DNA from: a virus
Taxonomy: Duplodnaviria; Caudoviricetes
Direction: 5' to 3' (one strand)
IMG/VR virus record: IMGVR_UViG_3300035498_000621
Location: 32,001 to 96,000 of that record
Length of the DNA stretch: 64,000 nucleotides
Below are positions 1-9,617 of this stretch, one piece after another. The notes beneath the pieces are model-generated. The model searched no databases and had not been told where the DNA came from. It worked only from the letters and a program-made list of their open reading frames with translations. Every line of letters begins with the position of its first letter. Positions within the stretch are counted from its first letter, which is position 1. Made by a program: the position numbers and the translations under genes.

Positions 1-1
1 G

Positions 2-214
2 AATGAAGAATTAGCTAAATTTGGTTCTGAATTTACATTAGTACCTCATCCAAATAAAACTGGAATTTTTATTTTATCTACAGGAATTGTTAATGATGAA
101 ATAGAAGAGCCAGAAGAGGAAGAAATTGATCTTCCTGATATAGATTTACAAGATTTAATAGATAATGAAGATGCAGATATTACTGAAGTTTCAGCTTCGA
201 TGTTTCAACTTTAA
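2..214 (+). CDS. 3' end of a hypothetical protein with a very acidic C-terminal tail (partial)
   Basis: Open frame from position 2 (NEELAKFGSEF...EEPEEEEIDLPDIDL...MFQL) ending at TAA 212-214. Confidence 0.75.
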   Translation, partial: NEELAKFGSEFTLVPHPNKTGIFILSTGIVNDEIEEPEEEEIDLPDIDLQDLIDNEDADITEVSASMFQL

Positions 215-233
215 TTTTTAATTTTTAATTATT

Positions 234-962
234 ATGTCATTTAATTTTAATCTTAATAGCACACCTGTAGCAAATAATACTGCATATCTTAAAGCTTATG
301 ATATTTATAATAATGTAGGCATTGATTCAGTTGAATTTAAAAGCGGTACTTCTGAGAAAGGAAATAATTGGAAATGTTTGAAGATTACTTTTAAGTGTCC
401 TGATGGCATTTATACAGAAAGTCTATTTATTCCTAATGCTGAAAATGTAAAGGATACAACTCGTCAAGAATTTGATATGCCTAATGGTGGTAAAAGACCA
501 GCTCCTTCTAATGCAGAAAATTTTATGGCTACTGTTGCTGCTATTGGTCGTAATTTCAATCCTAAAGGATATGAAAAGCTTCAAGAATTGAGTTCTAAAT
601 TTAATTCATTTGATGATGTTGCAAAAGGTCTAAAACAAATTCTAGAAAAAGGAACTGTTACTACATCTATGAAACTTGTAGGTAAGACTACTGCTGATGG
701 TAAAGTATATGCACGTCTTCCAAAGCCTCTTGGTATGACTCAAGATAAGGAATCTGGAGAATGGCGAGCTTTTGCAATTGCTATGTTTGGTGATAATCTT
801 GAATTTACCGCATATGAGCAAAATCAGCGTAATGCTTATCATAATGCTAAGCCTACTTCTGTAGGTAATTCTAATGTAGAGACTGATTCTATTAATAATT
901 TTGATACTCCTAATGGAGGTTCAGAAGATATTGATTTTAACAGTCTTATAAGCGAACTTTAA
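234..962 (+). CDS. Putative single-stranded DNA-binding protein (crAss-type)
   Basis: Beta-rich N-terminus and acidic tail (SEDIDFNSLISEL); lies directly upstream of primase. Confidence 0.5.
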   Translation: MSFNFNLNSTPVANNTAYLKAYDIYNNVGIDSVEFKSGTSEKGNNWKCLKITFKCPDGIYTESLFIPNAENVKDTTRQEFDMPNGGKRPAPSNAENFMATVAAIGRNFNPKGYEKLQELSSKFNSFDDVAKGLKQILEKGTVTTSMKLVGKTTADGKVYARLPKPLGMTQDKESGEWRAFAIAMFGDNLEFTAYEQNQRNAYHNAKPTSVGNSNVETDSINNFDTPNGGSEDIDFNSLISEL

Positions 963-968
963 TAAGTT

Positions 969-999
969 TTTGTTATTAGACTAAAATTTTATATATTTG
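969..999 (+). promoter_or_regulatory. Bacteroidetes sigma-A-type promoter upstream of primase
   Basis: TTTG (969-972), 19-nt spacer, TATATTTG (992-999). Confidence 0.75.
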
Positions 1000-1022
1000 C
1001 AATATTAATTATTGCATAATTT

Positions 1023-2042
1023 ATGGATTTTAGTTTAAAAGAAAAGCCTAAATTAAATAAGGATTTAATTTTATCTACGTTAACTGAAGAACAAATATTT
1101 GGTTTCTATATTGGATCGGAAATAAAGAGTAAAAAACTCTTCCGATCCAAACTTAGAAATGATAAAAATCCTACTTGTAGTATGTATAGAAATAAATCTG
1201 GGAGTCTTATATATAAAGACTTTGCTACTGATCAATATCTAAATTGTTTTGGGTATGTAATGGAGCTATTTAGATGTAATTACTATACAGCATTACAAAT
1301 AATTGCTAATGACTTTAATATTATTCATGACGATTCTTTTGTAAAAAATAAAGGTAAAATTATTCCTAAAGAATTTAAAATTGAAGAAAAAGAGTTTTCA
1401 AAAATTCAAATTGAAGCCCAAGAATTTACTGATTTAGAATTAAAATGGTGGGCTAAATATGGAATAACTTTAGAGATATTAAAAAAATATAACGTATATT
1501 CTTGTAAACACATTTTCTTAAATGGGCAATTAATTGCTAAATCTCAACAGCATTGTCCTATTTTTGGATATTATGGAAAAAAATATCAAGGAAATGAATT
1601 ATGGAAAATATATTTTCCTAAACGTAAAGAAGGAAGATTTATGGGAAATTATCCTTCAAAAAAAATGCAAGGCTATGAACAACTTCCAAAAACTGGGAAA
1701 ATATGTGTAATTACAAAAGCTCAAAAGGATTGTATGACTCTTTATTCATTAGGAATTCCTGCTTGTGCTCCAAATTCTGAAACTGTTATTCCTTCAGAAA
1801 ATATAATTAATGATCTTAAAAAAAGATTTAAATATATAATTTGCTTATGGGATAACGATTATACAGGAATATCTTTTCTTAATAAATTTAAAAAGAAATA
1901 TCCTGAATTAATATATACATGGATTCCAAAAAAATTAGGAGCAAAAGATATTAGCGATTTTTATAAAGAAAATGGTAAACAGAAAACGCTGAATTTAATT
2001 AAAGAATTTTTATTATGGCTAAAAAAACGTAGAAAGAATTGA
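1023..2042 (+). CDS. DNA primase (Toprim, DnaG-like, crAss-type)
   Basis: N-terminal 'RNDKNPTCS..YKDFA' region; Toprim motifs ITKAQKD, WDND and GAKDISD. Confidence 0.85.
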   Translation: MDFSLKEKPKLNKDLILSTLTEEQIFGFYIGSEIKSKKLFRSKLRNDKNPTCSMYRNKSGSLIYKDFATDQYLNCFGYVMELFRCNYYTALQIIANDFNIIHDDSFVKNKGKIIPKEFKIEEKEFSKIQIEAQEFTDLELKWWAKYGITLEILKKYNVYSCKHIFLNGQLIAKSQQHCPIFGYYGKKYQGNELWKIYFPKRKEGRFMGNYPSKKMQGYEQLPKTGKICVITKAQKDCMTLYSLGIPACAPNSETVIPSENIINDLKKRFKYIICLWDNDYTGISFLNKFKKKYPELIYTWIPKKLGAKDISDFYKENGKQKTLNLIKEFLLWLKKRRKN

Positions 2043-2578
2043 ATACTGCTTGTAAAGCTACATTTAAAAATGGAACAACTCAAGAGTTTTCTTCAATTGA
2101 AGAAGCTAGTGAGAAAACTGGTATTAGTATTGCATCAATTAAAATAAGATGTAATAAACCTGGAACTGGAGGTAAAGATAAAACTTTATTTGAATGGTTA
2201 GATGAATATACTGCTCGATATTATCGTGCTAAAAAATCTAAATCAAAAGGTAAAGATTTAGAATATGAAATAGTAGAGAAATTAAAAGAAATTGGATATG
2301 AAAATGTTTGTAGATCTGCTGGAGAGTCTAAAAAATTAGATAATATGAAGGTAGATATTGCTGATCCTAGTGGAGAACTTGAAGTAGCAATACAAGCTAA
2401 ACATTATGCCAATTTTCCTAACTATTTTAATATTAAGTCTGAGTGTCCAGACCCTAGGGATTTTGTATTAATATGGAAAAAATCAGCAGAAGGCGGTACT
2501 ATTAGTAAAGGTACTGTAGCTATAATGGATGTTGATTTATTTTATAAATTATTAGAGAATTATCATAAAAATAAATGA
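2039..2578 (+). CDS. Holliday junction resolvase-like PD-(D/E)XK nuclease with N-terminal NUMOD1-like HTH
   Basis: FSSIEEASEKTGI (NUMOD1-like), then KGKDLEYEIVEKL..VDIAD..IQAK (Hjc-like). Confidence 0.65.
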   Translation: MNTACKATFKNGTTQEFSSIEEASEKTGISIASIKIRCNKPGTGGKDKTLFEWLDEYTARYYRAKKSKSKGKDLEYEIVEKLKEIGYENVCRSAGESKKLDNMKVDIADPSGELEVAIQAKHYANFPNYFNIKSECPDPRDFVLIWKKSAEGGTISKGTVAIMDVDLFYKLLENYHKNK

Positions 2579-2796
2579 ATAAATATATAATTCCTATTTG
2601 TGATATTCAAGCAGGTTCTATATGGACTCATGTTATTATGGCAAAGTCTAGATCTGATTGTGAAGAAAAACTTATAAATAAGTTAATAGAGTTATATGAT
2701 GTATTAGATAACTTTAATACTTACAGAGAATTTGTAGAAAATGCTGATGAACACGATATCTTAATAGGAGATATAACAGATATTGAAGAACTATGA
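2575..2796 (+). CDS. Hypothetical protein
   Basis: ORF with ATGA overlaps on both sides. Confidence 0.7.
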   Translation: MNKYIIPICDIQAGSIWTHVIMAKSRSDCEEKLINKLIELYDVLDNFNTYREFVENADEHDILIGDITDIEEL

Positions 2797-3320
2797 ATTT
2801 AAAAGTTTCTATGGACCTTGACGGATGTTTATGTGATTTTTATGGTCCTTATATATCAAGATTTGGTAATCCAACAAAAGATTCTGAAATCACTAAAAAT
2901 GTAAATACAGTTTTAGCTAATGATAAAGATTTTTGGATGAATCTACCAGTTATAAATGAATTAAATTTTACTCCTAGACAATATACTACTGCTAGGATAA
3001 TTAAAAAACAATGGATTAAAGAATATTTAAATAAAGAATTATTTCCAAAAGCTCCTGTATATCAAATTCATGGTTATGGGTTAAGTAAATACAGTAAGAT
3101 CAAAATGGGAGGCTGTCATCTACATATTGATGATAGCCTTTCTGTTTTTACTGATCTTAATTTAAAAGGAATTCCTTGTTTATTATTAGATACTCCAACT
3201 AATCAATCGTGGGGTCCCATAGGACGTATTTATTCTTTAGACAAAGATGAAATAGAAGAAACATATCATCTTTTTAATAAGACTATGTTTCCATATTTTA
3301 AAGAATTAATTAATGAATAA
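2793..3320 (+). CDS. HAD-superfamily phosphatase (5'-nucleotidase-like)
   Basis: DLDG motif I, TTAR motif II, HIDDS motif IV. Confidence 0.7.
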   Translation: MNLKVSMDLDGCLCDFYGPYISRFGNPTKDSEITKNVNTVLANDKDFWMNLPVINELNFTPRQYTTARIIKKQWIKEYLNKELFPKAPVYQIHGYGLSKYSKIKMGGCHLHIDDSLSVFTDLNLKGIPCLLLDTPTNQSWGPIGRIYSLDKDEIEETYHLFNKTMFPYFKELINE

Positions 3321-4383
3321 TAATGTTTTAACAAAAGAATTTCTTAATTCTATTCAAATAATTCCACTTTTAGATACACTTCGATTACAAAAAATTGATG
3401 ATGAAGAATATTTTTCAGAAAAATATTCTAATTATATAAGTAATTCTAGGTTAGGTTTAATAAATCCAGAACAGGATAATGATCCTAAAGCTTTTTTTGA
3501 AGGGCTTAGTAAACATTCTAAATACAGCGATGCATTAATTTTTGGTAGTGCGGTACATGAGCTTACACTTCAACCAGAATTATTTTATCTTTGTTCTGAT
3601 GTTGATAGACCTACTGCTAAAATGGGGTTTATGTGTGATGAACTTTATAATATATGGATTAGAAATAATTTTCAAATATCTGATGAAGATGTAATAAAAA
3701 TTTCTGATAAAATTGATTATTATAAAGGTAAAATGACTCCAGAAAGAATACAAGCTGTAAAAAACGCTGGAAAATTATATTGGGATGCAAGAATTAAAAA
3801 TGAAAAGAATAATAATTCAAACCTTATTCCAATATATCTTGATGTAAAAAGCAGAGAAAGAGTTAATGCTTGTATCAATTCTTTAAGTAAAAGTAAAAAA
3901 ATTCAGGATCTTTTACATCCAAAAGGAATTATAGAAGATCCAATTTCTGAAAATGAACAAGCTATTCTAATGGATGTAGAAGTTAGAATATCTGGATATA
4001 ATCCTTTTAAACTTAAATTAAAGTCTAAATTGGATAATTATACAATAGATAAAGAGTCCAATATTATTACAGTTAATGATGTAAAAACTATTGGTAAAAT
4101 TTTATCTGAATTTCCTAATAATTTTAATAAATTTCATTATAGTAGAGAATTAGGACTTTATAGTTGGTTATTAAGCCTTTGTGCTAAAAAATATTATGGA
4201 ATGGATGATTGTACTATTAAAAGTAATTGTTTAGTAGTATCTACTATTCCACAATATTATTCTAAAGTATATGAAGTTACTAGGAAAAATCTTTTACAAG
4301 GATTTAATGAATTTAAATATCTGTTACGATTAGTTGCTTATTATACAGCAACACAATATAAAGATTTTGGAATATGGATATAA
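3313..4383 (+). CDS. PD-(D/E)XK exonuclease (RecE/ExoVIII, DUF3799-like)
   Basis: ISNSRL, FGSAVHEL, KSKLD, NDVKT and YSRELGLY motifs. Confidence 0.75.
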   Translation: MNNNVLTKEFLNSIQIIPLLDTLRLQKIDDEEYFSEKYSNYISNSRLGLINPEQDNDPKAFFEGLSKHSKYSDALIFGSAVHELTLQPELFYLCSDVDRPTAKMGFMCDELYNIWIRNNFQISDEDVIKISDKIDYYKGKMTPERIQAVKNAGKLYWDARIKNEKNNNSNLIPIYLDVKSRERVNACINSLSKSKKIQDLLHPKGIIEDPISENEQAILMDVEVRISGYNPFKLKLKSKLDNYTIDKESNIITVNDVKTIGKILSEFPNNFNKFHYSRELGLYSWLLSLCAKKYYGMDDCTIKSNCLVVSTIPQYYSKVYEVTRKNLLQGFNEFKYLLRLVAYYTATQYKDFGIWI

Positions 4384-4715
4384 TTAAAACACCTCCATAT
4401 GAAGAAATGCAGGAAATATATAATAAATATTTTTCTTTAGGATTTTTAGGTAAAAATATTTCTAACAAGTTTGCTCTTATAAGTCTTACCTGTTATCTTA
4501 CTGAAAAATTAAAAGCTAAAAAACCTGATATTACTCATTGGACTATTCTTTATAAAATTAGTAATGGATCAGTTTCTGAAGATTATTTAAAAAGATTAGC
4601 TGTTATCTGTTCAGATTTAAGTTATGGATGTAATGAATTTCCAACTTTTGATCTAAAAGATAAAGATATTCCTGCAAAAATAAAAGAATTGTTAGATCAA
4701 CATCTACCTTTCTAA
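4374..4715 (+). CDS. Hypothetical protein
   Basis: ORF overlapping the upstream gene. Confidence 0.7.
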   Translation: MDIIKTPPYEEMQEIYNKYFSLGFLGKNISNKFALISLTCYLTEKLKAKKPDITHWTILYKISNGSVSEDYLKRLAVICSDLSYGCNEFPTFDLKDKDIPAKIKELLDQHLPF

Positions 4716-4778
4716 ATAGAAAATTCAGATTTAATTTCCAAGTAAAATATAAATTAACATTTTTTAACAGATTAGTAA

Positions 4779-4809
4779 TTTGAAATAAAAGAAAATATAT
4801 CTATTTTTG
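4779..4809 (+). promoter_or_regulatory. Bacteroidetes-type promoter
   Basis: TTTG (4779-4782), 19-nt spacer, TATTTTTG (4802-4809). Confidence 0.6.
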
Positions 4810-4886
4810 TATCACTAATCTGGAAATAAGATGGTTTTAATGCCAGATAATTTAACTAAAAATGTTAATAGATTTAACAAATATTA

Positions 4887-4918
4887 CTTTAATAATTCAA
4901 TAGAAAGTAATATATTTG
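4887..4918 (+). promoter_or_regulatory. Second tandem promoter upstream of the 4986 gene
   Basis: TATATTTG -7 element at 4911-4918; -33 element degenerate. Confidence 0.55.
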
Positions 4919-4985
4919 TACATAGTTAATGTAGATGATAATACGAATTAATGTTTTATTTGAATTTTATAAATTTTATTGAATT

Positions 4986-5537
4986 ATGGAAAAAATGATG
5001 AATTTTAAGCGACTTGAAGTAACTGGAGCAACTAAGGCAGAAGCACTCGAAAAAGCTCCTTTCTTTGTACAAGGTGATGCAACTCAAGCTTATCGTAATT
5101 GGAAGAAAACTGTTGTTGGTGGTATTACTGATTCTGATAAGAAACAGTTTATGCTTGATTATTTGGCAAAGAAATCTAAGAACGCTCCTGGTGTTGGTTT
5201 CTCTATTACCGTTGAAGCTGCTGTTGCTGATACCCGTGAACGTCCCTATAAGGTTGAGGATGTAAAGAATGAAAAGGGAGCTCGTAAGTATAAGACTATT
5301 TATCAGATTCGCGATGCTGCTACTGGTGCTATTCTTGCAGAAACTGATGAAACTAAAGCTAAGGCTAAGGAAATTGCAAAAGCTTTGTACACTGAAAAGG
5401 ATTTTACTGGAAATCTTGTTTGTACTTATACTAAGCAAGTTGTTGAAGGTGAACCCACTGCATTTACAGTAACTTATGCTCCTTCTAAGAGTTCACATGT
5501 TGGTACTTATCTTGTATTTGGTATCGAAAATTGCTAA
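4986..5537 (+). CDS. Hypothetical protein, probably highly expressed
   Basis: Optimised codon usage (AAG, CGT, GCT, GGT); own promoters upstream and terminator downstream. Confidence 0.85.
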   Translation: MEKMMNFKRLEVTGATKAEALEKAPFFVQGDATQAYRNWKKTVVGGITDSDKKQFMLDYLAKKSKNAPGVGFSITVEAAVADTRERPYKVEDVKNEKGARKYKTIYQIRDAATGAILAETDETKAKAKEIAKALYTEKDFTGNLVCTYTKQVVEGEPTAFTVTYAPSKSSHVGTYLVFGIENC

Positions 5538-5569
5538 TTAAGCTTTCATATTCAAATCTTATAATTATG

Positions 5570-5608
5570 AGGCGATTGTCTAGAAATAGATGATCGCCTT
5601 TATTTTTT
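5570..5608 (+). terminator. Rho-independent terminator
   Basis: AGGCGATTGTCTA-GAAA-TAGATGATCGCCT stem-loop followed by a T-rich tract. Confidence 0.8.
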
Positions 5609-5656
5609 ATAGCGTAATAGCTTTACTTAAACATTGAATAAATCAATTAAAAATAA

Positions 5657-7246
5657 ATGAGACAAGGAACTTTAAAGAAATATATTAAAATTTTAAAGGA
5701 TATTAAAGATAGTAATCTTAGTATTAAAACTTATTGTGCTAAACACAAAATGTCCGAAAGTAGTATATATGGATATATTTGTGTTGCTAAAAAACAAAAT
5801 GATCAAGAATCAGAATTAGTAAGAGAACTTATTTCTTTATATGATTCAATTACAAATAAAGATACTGCAGCATCAACTGCAGATGTTGATATTACTTTAA
5901 AAGTTGATTCTGGATATGAAGTAGAAGTAGAAACAGACGATAAAGCTGAAACTTCATATACATTGGATGAAAATAATAAAATAAAATATTATAATTATAA
6001 AATATATAGACGTAATAAACCAGCTATTCATGGTAATTTTACCAGAGAAGAAATGGATATGATTTATCGTCTATATTCTTATTATGGAGATTCTCTTACT
6101 CAAAGAGTTATATCTAGACATTTTCCTGATTTATCTCTGATTGATTTTAAACGTATTCTTAGAGCTTTTAATATTACTAAAGCATCTTCTCCATTTGCTC
6201 CTCATATGATTGAGGAAAAAACAGAAGAAGAATTACGAGAAATTCAACTTCGAGAAAAAGAAAATAGTTTTCTTCGTAAAGCAGAAGAAGACGATATTAA
6301 AAATACTCAGAAACTTCTTAAAAAGTTTGCACAAGAAAATATAGATTTAAAACGTCAACTTGAAAGAATTTCTAATTTTAATATTACACTTCCAGATGAT
6401 ATTAAACCAGTTGAACTTACTGAATATGAACCAGTAAATCAAAGTATTAATCTTTATTTATCTGATATTCATCTTGGCGGTTGTGTAACTACTGGTTCTT
6501 TGTATAAAGAAAATTCTAATTATGGATTTAAAGAAGCAAAAAGACGATTGAATGTAGTTTTAAATAATCTTAGAAATTTTGATTGTTTTGATACTATTAA
6601 TTTAGTATTAATGGGTGATAATATTGATTGTTCTGGATTTTTTGGAAAAACTGCAAGACTTGATCATGATATGCCGGAAAATATGGATCCTAGAGAACAA
6701 GCTAATAAATATATTGAACTAATTATGTGGTTTATTGCATCTTTAGTTTCTAATGAAAATGAACTTTGTTCTAAAATAAGAGTTTTTTCTGTACCGTGTG
6801 GTAATCATGGTGGATCTTATGAATATATGTGTAATAAAGCTCTTCTTGCTTATATTAATGCTAAATATCCTAGTATTGAAACTACAATGTGGGAAGAATT
6901 TTATGGAGTTTTTGAACAAAATAATAATACTTTAATTTGTTGTCATGGTAAAGATGATCAATATATGAAAAAAGGTCTTCCTCTCAATCTTGATGATAAA
7001 TCAAAAGTACTTATTTATGAATGGTTAGAAGAAAATAATATTCATGGTAATAATATTCATTTTGTTAAAGGTGATTTACATTCTAATAGTTTAAATTCTT
7101 GTAGAAGATTTGATTATCGTAATGTACTTAGTCTTTTTGGAGCTTCTGATTATTCTAATTATAATTTTAGCCGTAATTCTTATGGACTTTCCTATGATTT
7201 ATTTGTAGGAGATAATATTATTCGTGGAACATTTGAAAATATGTAA
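5657..7246 (+). CDS. Calcineurin-like metallophosphoesterase with N-terminal HTH and coiled-coil regions
   Basis: SDIHLG, GDNID, GNHG, CHG and GDLH motifs in the C-terminal half. Confidence 0.75.
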   Translation: MRQGTLKKYIKILKDIKDSNLSIKTYCAKHKMSESSIYGYICVAKKQNDQESELVRELISLYDSITNKDTAASTADVDITLKVDSGYEVEVETDDKAETSYTLDENNKIKYYNYKIYRRNKPAIHGNFTREEMDMIYRLYSYYGDSLTQRVISRHFPDLSLIDFKRILRAFNITKASSPFAPHMIEEKTEEELREIQLREKENSFLRKAEEDDIKNTQKLLKKFAQENIDLKRQLERISNFNITLPDDIKPVELTEYEPVNQSINLYLSDIHLGGCVTTGSLYKENSNYGFKEAKRRLNVVLNNLRNFDCFDTINLVLMGDNIDCSGFFGKTARLDHDMPENMDPREQANKYIELIMWFIASLVSNENELCSKIRVFSVPCGNHGGSYEYMCNKALLAYINAKYPSIETTMWEEFYGVFEQNNNTLICCHGKDDQYMKKGLPLNLDDKSKVLIYEWLEENNIHGNNIHFVKGDLHSNSLNSCRRFDYRNVLSLFGASDYSNYNFSRNSYGLSYDLFVGDNIIRGTFENM

Positions 7247-7249
7247 GCT

Positions 7250-8128
7250 ATGAAAATATTTGATAAAGAATTAGAAAGCGAAATTAAGCCAATGTCACGT
7301 TCAAGAATATCTGGAACAGATAGAGTAATTGAATGTTTCATAAAAGCAAAAGGAGCCGATATTACTAACGTAATCTTCGGAACAACTTCTAGAGGTTTTA
7401 TTGATGGAAGAAAAATTCCTAATGGAATTTCTTTTGATAATTGTGTATTTAATTATATAAATTTCAAAACAATTTCAGAATGTACTTTTAAAAATTGTCA
7501 CTTCAATAAATGCTTGTTTGCTTCAATGAGAAATATTGTATTAGAAAATTGTACTGGATGTTATTCTAAAGTGAGTCATTATACTAATGCGTTTATATTA
7601 ACGGGCAATTGTTCTTTTATTAATTGCAATGGATTGGAATTTGATGGATATATTGATCTTAATGCTACTATTAAGTCAATAAACTGCCCTGATCTAGACA
7701 TAGCGTTGACTAGATCTGAACAGAGAAAGAAGGACATTGAGGATGCAAAACGTAAGAATGATGAACTTCGTAAATCTATAAAGTATGTATACAAAGTAGT
7801 TAGTGCCCAAGTTCTTGTTAAGTTATCATTACCAGACGAAGCTGAGATTGTAAATCTTGATAAAGATAAGAGTAGAGCTAATATGGCTTTTGTAGAAGCT
7901 GTCTATCCTATTAATAACTTTGGAGGAGAAGGAGTAACTAATACTAATTATAATCAGAACTGTAATTATGAAATTGGTAAGATGGTATATCCAGATTCAT
8001 ATGATCCAAATCCATATCAAGAGTGTGGGCATGGAATACATTTCTGTAAAGATATTAACAGTCTACGTACCTATTGTGATTTAACTTCAGACCAGGTTGA
8101 AAGTATTAAAAAGATGTTAAATCTCTAA
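7250..8128 (+). CDS. Pentapeptide/beta-helix-like repeat protein with C-terminal DUF5758-like domain
   Basis: FDNCVF/FKNCHF/LENCT repeats; C-terminal 'KSRA..YEIGKMVYPDSYD..ECGHGIHF'. Confidence 0.6.
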   Translation: MKIFDKELESEIKPMSRSRISGTDRVIECFIKAKGADITNVIFGTTSRGFIDGRKIPNGISFDNCVFNYINFKTISECTFKNCHFNKCLFASMRNIVLENCTGCYSKVSHYTNAFILTGNCSFINCNGLEFDGYIDLNATIKSINCPDLDIALTRSEQRKKDIEDAKRKNDELRKSIKYVYKVVSAQVLVKLSLPDEAEIVNLDKDKSRANMAFVEAVYPINNFGGEGVTNTNYNQNCNYEIGKMVYPDSYDPNPYQECGHGIHFCKDINSLRTYCDLTSDQVESIKKMLNL

Positions 8129-8153
8129 TATTAACTATAATATATTTTGAATT

Positions 8154-8339
8154 ATGAAAAAATTAACAATTAAATCAAACAATCGTAAAAATTTCTATGC
8201 ATTTGGTAACTACAATCCTAATAAAAATGCAAAACCTGTAACTTATAAAGGAACAGAATATCTTTCTAAAGCTCAATGTATGGCTCTTGAAGGAATTACT
8301 CGTAAAGAACTTGATGAGTATCTTAAAAAAAATAAATGA
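8154..8339 (+). CDS. Small basic protein, NUMOD1/HTH-like
   Basis: KPVTYKGTEYLSKAQCMALEGIT pattern. Confidence 0.5.
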   Translation: MKKLTIKSNNRKNFYAFGNYNPNKNAKPVTYKGTEYLSKAQCMALEGITRKELDEYLKKNK

Positions 8340-8403
8340 TGAATACTTTTTTAAGATACTTGAAACTTGTAATCTATAAAAGAACATATTAAAATAGAAT
8401 AAT

Positions 8404-8757
8404 ATGATAACAGCTGAAACTATTATTAATATTTTTGATACTCTTATTGAGAAAAGAAATCTTTTAGATAGAAAATGTACTTATACTGTATCTGCCTATT
8501 TTACTGATACAAAACATGGAATAGTTTATTGTGGTGATGCAATAATATTTTATAATTGTAATGATAAATATATTATAGGAATTACTGAAGATGCTAATGA
8601 AAAAAGATATATTTATATTTCAACAAATTCATTAGATTCTAAAATAGAAATTTCTGAATCAATATATCATTTGATTAAATTGAAATTTATTGAAATTTCT
8701 AAAATGTTAGATCAAGAACTTGAAAATAAAGTAAATAATCTTATATATAATCTTTAA
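8404..8757 (+). CDS. Hypothetical protein
   Basis: ORF in operon context. Confidence 0.7.
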   Translation: MITAETIINIFDTLIEKRNLLDRKCTYTVSAYFTDTKHGIVYCGDAIIFYNCNDKYIIGITEDANEKRYIYISTNSLDSKIEISESIYHLIKLKFIEISKMLDQELENKVNNLIYNL

Positions 8758-8759
8758 TT

Positions 8760-9554
8760 ATGATTTTAACTGTTGATGAATTGTTAAAAGGAAAAGCTAC
8801 TCAAATTAAAGGAAAAGAATATTTAAGTACTGAAGCTTATGTTACTCCTTTTCTTGAAAGAATGTCTAAATTTACTAATGATTTTAGAGTACAAGCTAAA
8901 TTGCCTGATCAAATTAGTATTACTAAAAAAGAAGATATAAATCTCGAAGATACTGTATTTAATAGAGTATGGGTACAAGCAGTACTTCCTGAAGAATATT
9001 CTTTTGATAATCATAAAGAAGTAATTGGTATGGTTTACGGGCTTGATGCTCGTAAACCTATTGCTAAAATTTATAGAGGTGCATTAAATATGGCTTGTTT
9101 AAATCTTTGTGTTTTTGATCCTTCATTTTTGAATGTACAAGAAATTGAACCAGAACGAGCTATTAATTTTAAGCCATTGAAATCTTTGATGGAGCAAACT
9201 TCTGATATTAAAGTATGGCTTGATCAACTTAATAATACTGAAGTTCCCTATGATGAAGATCTTATTAATGAAAATCTTGGATCATGGGTAAGAAATGCTC
9301 TAAATACTTCTTATGACACTGGATATAATAAAGTTAAACTTGCTACTAGTACAGCAATTGATGCTTATAAACTTCTTTATGAAAAGAAAGAATCTCCATA
9401 TTTTGTAAAAAGTGGAGAATCGACTAATATGTTTAATGTTTATAATGCATTTACTGAACTTATTACTAATGATGGTACTAAGGATGGAGGAGCTAAAGAT
9501 ATTCTTAATAAATGTGAAAAAACATTGCTATTGAAAAATATTCTTACTTTGTAA
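8760..9554 (+). CDS. DUF932-like phage protein
   Basis: 'NMACLNLCV' (CxN) and 'FNVYNAFTE' motifs. Confidence 0.5.
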   Translation: MILTVDELLKGKATQIKGKEYLSTEAYVTPFLERMSKFTNDFRVQAKLPDQISITKKEDINLEDTVFNRVWVQAVLPEEYSFDNHKEVIGMVYGLDARKPIAKIYRGALNMACLNLCVFDPSFLNVQEIEPERAINFKPLKSLMEQTSDIKVWLDQLNNTEVPYDEDLINENLGSWVRNALNTSYDTGYNKVKLATSTAIDAYKLLYEKKESPYFVKSGESTNMFNVYNAFTELITNDGTKDGGAKDILNKCEKTLLLKNILTL

Positions 9555-9559
9555 ACAAT

Positions 9560-9590
9560 TTTGTTATGTGCAAATAATTGTTTATATTTG
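9560..9590 (+). promoter_or_regulatory. Bacteroidetes-type promoter for the nrdDG operon
   Basis: TTTG (9560-9563), 19-nt spacer, TATATTTG (9583-9590). Confidence 0.75.
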
Positions 9591-9617
9591 CTAGTTAACC
9601 CTTAAAAATATATAATT

